Below, one piece after another: positions 53,660-58,584 of a stretch of DNA of 58,584 bases. The stretch is taken from contig NW_014040203.1 of NCBI RefSeq assembly GCF_001186125.1, forward strand, positions 6,496 through 65,079, in the 5' to 3' direction. Numbering within the stretch: the first letter of the stretch is position 1; each line of letters opens with the position of its first letter. The position numbers and the translations under genes are program-made. The DNA comes from Sphaeroforma arctica JP610. Taxonomy: Eukaryota. Below the pieces are notes generated by a model that was not told the DNA's origin, ran no database searches, and saw only the letters and a list, made by a program, of their open reading frames with translations.

Positions 53660-54080
53660 GACAATTGGAAGTTAAACCCTATCCAGAAACACGTCGCTGA
53701 ACCTTTCGGTATCGTCGATATCGATTTATTTGCCTGTGCAAATAATGCACAAGTTGCTAATTATTGTAGTTTGGAACCAGAAGCTCCACTTCATGACGCT
53801 TTTGGCCAGTCTTGGAATCAACTGAAGGTCCATCTCTACGCCAACATACCGTTCACCAAAATGCACTGAGCTGCCACGCTCAACAACTGGACACCGAAAA
53901 TGGCTTGGTTACTGTCGTCTTTCCTCTGGCTCCCCTGCATAACAAATGCTACCAACAAGCACTCAACAGTTACATTCACATGTGGAAGTTGTCCGCACGA
54001 CTTCTACTACATTTCTTCGCAACGGCTCCGACGTGGTTGGCCCACCAAAATGGAGATACATTTGTGTTGCTCGCTTGGGT
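53660..54080 (+). other. Dam-like N6-adenine DNA methyltransferase domain inside the Copia integrase Zn finger (frameshifted)
   Basis: DNWKLNP...FGIVDIDLFACANNAQVANYCS...DAFGQSW...LYANIPF (NIPF at 53843-53854), then after frameshifts VTVVFPLAP and TFLRNGSDVVGPPKWRYICVARLG. Confidence 0.85.
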
Positions 54081-54119
54081 AACGCTAAACACGCCGTCCC
54101 TCCCACAGCTAATCTACTT

Positions 54120-54605
54120 TGAGAGACTACAGGTCTCAGGCCAGATTTTACAGCAAGAAACCATCATTGATTTATGGAAGTCATCAGAGTTAGCTCACTC
54201 CCGAGAGCTAATCAAGTTGCCCAAATTACTCTCAAGAGTTGAATTATTACTTAACCGACTTCCGAGAGCAGATTTAGTTTCTCAACCGATTCCCGAGAGT
54301 GGATTAAGCCTGTCAACCACAACATATTAATAATAGCTGCGGTTCTATGTGAGTCACAACCTATACGGAAAGGCATCATGTGATCAGCGTGAGATTTAGT
54401 TGCAGAGAAGTTGAAATAGAATAGCATCGAAGTGTTAAAGTGTTCCGCATAAGGTTTCTCATACTGACCATAAGAGTTTTTACCCTGGCCAGCCCAAGCG
54501 GCTGAACACTAGCACAAACACCTTAGGTATAAAACCAAAGGTGAGGTCAGAAAAAAATACATACATTTACAATTTATTTAAAGTCTACTACATTGTGCTC
54601 TAACA
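54120..54605 (+). mobile_element. Solo LTR of the Copia A family (486 bp, TG...CA) with 5-bp TSD TACTT
   Basis: tactt|TGAGAGAC...CTCTAACA|tactt. Removal restores ANLL-TAQDDVCSP. Confidence 0.93.
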
Positions 54606-57600
54606 TACTTACAGCCCAGGACGATGTCTGCTCACCCTACTGATGAAACAAACTCAAAGATCCTGCGACTCGCCCGCCACCGGGTACTATCTTCCACGTT
54701 GACTTCGAAACAGGTCTGACACCATCGGCAACTGGCTGCACCTCTAAAATCAAATACGTTGATGCCAACAGTGCTATGCTCTTCTCTTATCCACTACAGT
54801 CCAAGGACGAGGCAGCTCAAACTCTTGACCTGTTTTACACCTGGCTAGGAAAAGATAAACTGGCCAAACTTGAAGAACTCAAGTGCGATCGTGGTGGCGA
54901 ATTAGTTTCTCGCGAATTTAAAGCCATCAACACCGTGGAACACGTCAAAGCCCTGTACACACCTACTAATTCCCCAGCACTTCATGGCTTAGTGGAACGT
55001 ATGAATGGCATTATCGCGGATCTCATGCGTGGCTTTCTCGACCGTTCTGGTCAGCCTGAGCAAATGTGGCCCGAGGCATTACGCCACGCTACATTAACGC
55101 ACAATATTAGTCGCAACGATCGGAACCGTGACAGTCAATCAGTTTGGGAAATCTTCTACGGCGATAAATCTGACAAACGTATTAAACATATGCACATATA
55201 TGGTTGTCAAGTGGCTTTTATCAATCAGGATCCCACGTCCAAACTTGATGACAGAGCCACACTAGGGGTTTATCTGGGGCACGACATCGACTCTAAATAT
55301 TTCGACGAGTGTAGAATTCTCAGCGCCAAGTCCGGCCGCATATGTCATTCTAGTGATGTTAAGTTCAATGAACATGTCTTCCCTACTTAGACTAAGGTTG
55401 GGACTACACCCCTCCCTCACTTCACCACACTGCGGGACGACATACCTACTATACGGGAACTTACACTGGCACTCAATGTCACGCAATCATCTACAAATGA
55501 CGTACCTCTGCCTTCCCCTTCTCCTATTCCTCCCAACCTCAGTCGACATGTCAATCCAGACGAGCTTTCGCCGGCACCTGCCACTCGTCCTTCCCCAGAC
55601 TCTGTTTTTCGTCCCACATATACGCAACAAGCACAGGTTTCAGGGGAGTCATCGCAAGTTATTTATGATAATGCTGCACGCTCTACTGATTCCAGAGAGC
55701 CCCCGCACCTGCCTCCTGCCGTCTCACCACATGCACCACCAGATCCTGTTTGCTCCTCACCTCCGCGGTCTAGCACTATGGAAGACAGTCACAATACCGC
55801 TCTTCAATCCCATATCGCCAACCATCCAACGTCACGTACACTTCGTGCGTTACTATTGGAACCTCGTTCCAACACCGGCATCCTCAATGAACCTGAATTA
55901 CCATCTAACATGCGTATGACCCGTACTCGTGCCCGACAAATGAATGAACATAATGCCGCCATCGCCGATCAGCTCAACTGTATTACCAGTCCCACTCGTC
56001 CGGCTACCAGTCATATCCATTGGTCTCAGGACAGAAAATTATGGCTTTACTGCTCCCGTCATGACCACTCTTGCCGATGGCATCGTGCCTCTAGACACGT
56101 CTGGCAAAGAACTACGTCGCAAGGAAGAATATATTCGTTCTCTTCACCATCTTCGTCGTGCACAACGTCAAAACAAGCCATTCGCCGGGCTGCTATAACG
56201 CACGCTCGCTCTAGCGCCAACAAATCCCTCAAATCGATTGCTAATCAGCCTCCACAACTTACACTTACCAATCTGTATTCACACGACACCACCTCCACCG
56301 CCAAGATCACGCCGTCCACCTGATCGCACTGTCGACGAACTCTACAGGATATGCGCAACAATACACATTAATCCACTTACCCCACAGTCCATCAAAGCGG
56401 CCCTCCGTGGCACAGATACTCCTCTGTGGCGCGAGGCTATCGACCGCGAGCTACACAGTCTACAACAGACCGGCACCTACAACTTGCTTACACCGGATGA
56501 AGTCCCCATGGCGCCTTTATCATCACTAGCAAGTGGGGGTTTAAAGTCAAAATGACAGACGGGCTGGTCGATAAATACAAGGCCCGATTGTGTGCAAGTG
56601 GTTTCACACAGACGCAGGGCAATAGCTATGATGAAACGTTTGCCCCTACTTGTTTCCACGAAACACTCCGAACGGTATTAACAGTCGCTGCAGCGCAAGG
56701 GTGGCATGTTGAACAGATGGACGTTGATACTGCTTACCTTTATGCCGATCTCGACGAGCCCATTTACATGCACCCGCCGAAGGGTTCCGGCGCCGTTGGT
56801 CTCCCCGACGAAACTATCACGGCCTTGAAGAAAAGCCTCTATGGCTTAAAACAGTCCGGACGCCTTTGGCATGCCTTAATCAAATCCAAGCTTCTCGACA
56901 CGGGATCTACACAAAGTGCATCTGATCCTTGCATGTTCATCATCACCGAAGCCAATTTATCCTGTATTGTTCTACTATATGTTGACCTTATTATTTGTGG
57001 CAAACGGGAAAGCGACGTCCACCACTTCAAAACACTACTCCAGAATGAGTTTAGTTGTAAAGATTTAGGTCGTCCACACTGGCTTCTTGGTGTGCGTGTA
57101 CTTACCACGACCGATTCCATTAGCCTTGTGCAGGATCATTACGTCGCAGATGCACTCGCCACATTTGATCTCCGCGACGCTCACACGGCTATCACTCCAG
57201 GCACCATGGCTGCTGTCTACAAGAACCAGGGCTCCCGCCGTCCATGCTCGTACCGCGAATTGATCGGCACCCTTCAGTATCTTTCAGTCTTCACTCGCCC
57301 CGACATATCATACCCTTTGAACAACCTGGCTCGATACATGGACAACCCCTCGCTTGAACACTGGTCAGCGCTGTGCGTATCCTACGTTACTTAAAAGGCA
57401 CACCCGAACTCCGTTCAACCTATAAACACGCACCAGGGGCTCCAGTTCTCGATGCTTTTGTCGACGCCAATTACAACGCATGCCCTGACACTCGTCGCTC
57501 TACCAGCGGTTACATTCTCCGCATCAATGGCGTCCCTGTTGTGTGGAAATCACAACGTCAGAAGACTGTTACCACTAGCACCGCCGAAGCGGAGTATTAT

Positions 57601-58025
57601 GCCGCATCCGAGGCCGCCAAACGAATTCAATGGTTACGGAACATATTAAGTGAGCTAGGTTTTCCACAGACAAACCCCACCCCCTTACACTGTGATAACC
57701 AATCGGTCATCCATGTCATTAATGACACAGGCACGAACAAGTACCTTAAGGAAGTTGATATCCGTATCCACCACATTCGGGATCTTACAACCCTCCGTGT
57801 TATTTCTACTCGCTATATCAATACACATGATAATATTGCTGACATACTCACCAAAAACACAGCTCGACCAACACATTCTCGCCATACCAGCTCAATGCTC
57901 TCTGTCGTTCTTAATCCTCTCCTCATGACACCCGGAAACAATCTAGAGGAGACACAGGTTGCTACATTAGCTCACTGTAGATTGTATCCTTCACAATTCA
58001 TGATACACTACCGGTTTTAGGGGAG

Positions 58026-58308
58026 TGTTTGGACAAAATGAGCACTGTCATCATTCTGCTCAGATACAATACCAATTCGGTACTCAGAGGAGGATGGTTC
58101 ACTGACAGGTGTCGTGAGGTGTCAAAACATGGTTAACTGACAGGTATTATGACCTGTCAAATAAGAGTTCACCATAACAAGTCATGCGTTTATAACTTAC
58201 GTGTGACTCCATAATCCATATGCATAGGAGATGTATATATAACCCTCCGTAGAGGTCTAAATAAAGTTACTCTCTACTTAATATATTATGGTTCTATTTG
58301 TTGAAACA
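58026..58308 (+). repeat. 3' LTR of Copia B (TGTTT...AAACA)
   Basis: Follows PPT AGGGGAG, has inverted 5-bp termini, and contains TATATATAA and AATAAA. The right end is inferred from the inverted terminus only. Confidence 0.75.
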
Positions 58309-58548
58309 AACTAAATTCTGAAGACCATTGGCTAGTGTTGATTCTGTTTTGTACCTGCAATCAATTGGGTACTGTAAGTAGTATAGAGAGTCGTACAGAT
58401 ATCTAATATTAGCACATTTCCTTTTTTCTGTGTTAAAAGAATCCGCAAGCAAGAAAGATTGTTTATTTTATATTGGTAAATATAGTACACCTGTATCTCC
58501 TACTATTCGGTTGTATTATATAACAGTGTAGGATACAATCTCTTACAG

Positions 58549-58584
<36 letters not shown>

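Larger units (their letters stand above)
52470..58308 (+). mobile_element. Ty1/Copia retrotransposon B carrying a Dam-like methyltransferase domain (5'-truncated, decayed)
   Basis: Gag C-terminus, three Zn knuckles (CPLCGKPGHSISGC etc.; the middle one degenerate), protease LIDSGA, WHNVLGH, MT domain, CSPY, integrase (FHVD, KCDRGGE, GLVERMN), RT (YKARLCASG, QMDVDTAYL, LYGLKQSGR, LYVD), RNase H (DANY, STAEAEY, ADILTK), PPT and 3' LTR. Confidence 0.93.

Noticed and set aside
53812..54330. 172-aa ORF as a separate gene
   Set aside because: It is a chimera of a frameshifted MT segment reading into the solo LTR.
39826..58308. Interpreting the MT-bearing elements as DIRS retrotransposons
   Set aside because: Both have aspartic protease and DDE integrase in canonical Gypsy or Copia order, with TG...CA LTRs and a PPT; no tyrosine recombinase was seen.

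Overview
This is intron-rich eukaryotic genomic DNA with many (TA)n/(TG)n microsatellites and three N gaps; the organism cannot be fixed from sequence alone. The left half (1-26.5 kb) holds a decayed PIF/Harbinger-like unit (transposase N-terminus plus a convergent Myb/SANT-like partner ORF), a long multi-exon Myb/SANT-like gene with five duplicated 36-nt microexons, and an apparently intact spliced aminoacylase-1 (M20A) gene. The right half (29.7-58.3 kb) is a nest of decayed LTR retrotransposons: four Copia copies or fragments, one chromodomain-bearing Gypsy, and three solo-LTR-like insertions with clean TSDs whose removal restores the host reading frame. The main finding is that both the Gypsy (between RNase H and integrase, NPPW motif intact) and one Copia (inside the integrase HHCC zinc finger, DLFA...NIPF) carry a related Dam-like N6-adenine DNA methyltransferase domain. 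That domain type is normally associated with DIRS tyrosine-recombinase elements, and a neighbouring Copia lacks it. All domain calls are by-eye motif recognition; no searches were run.
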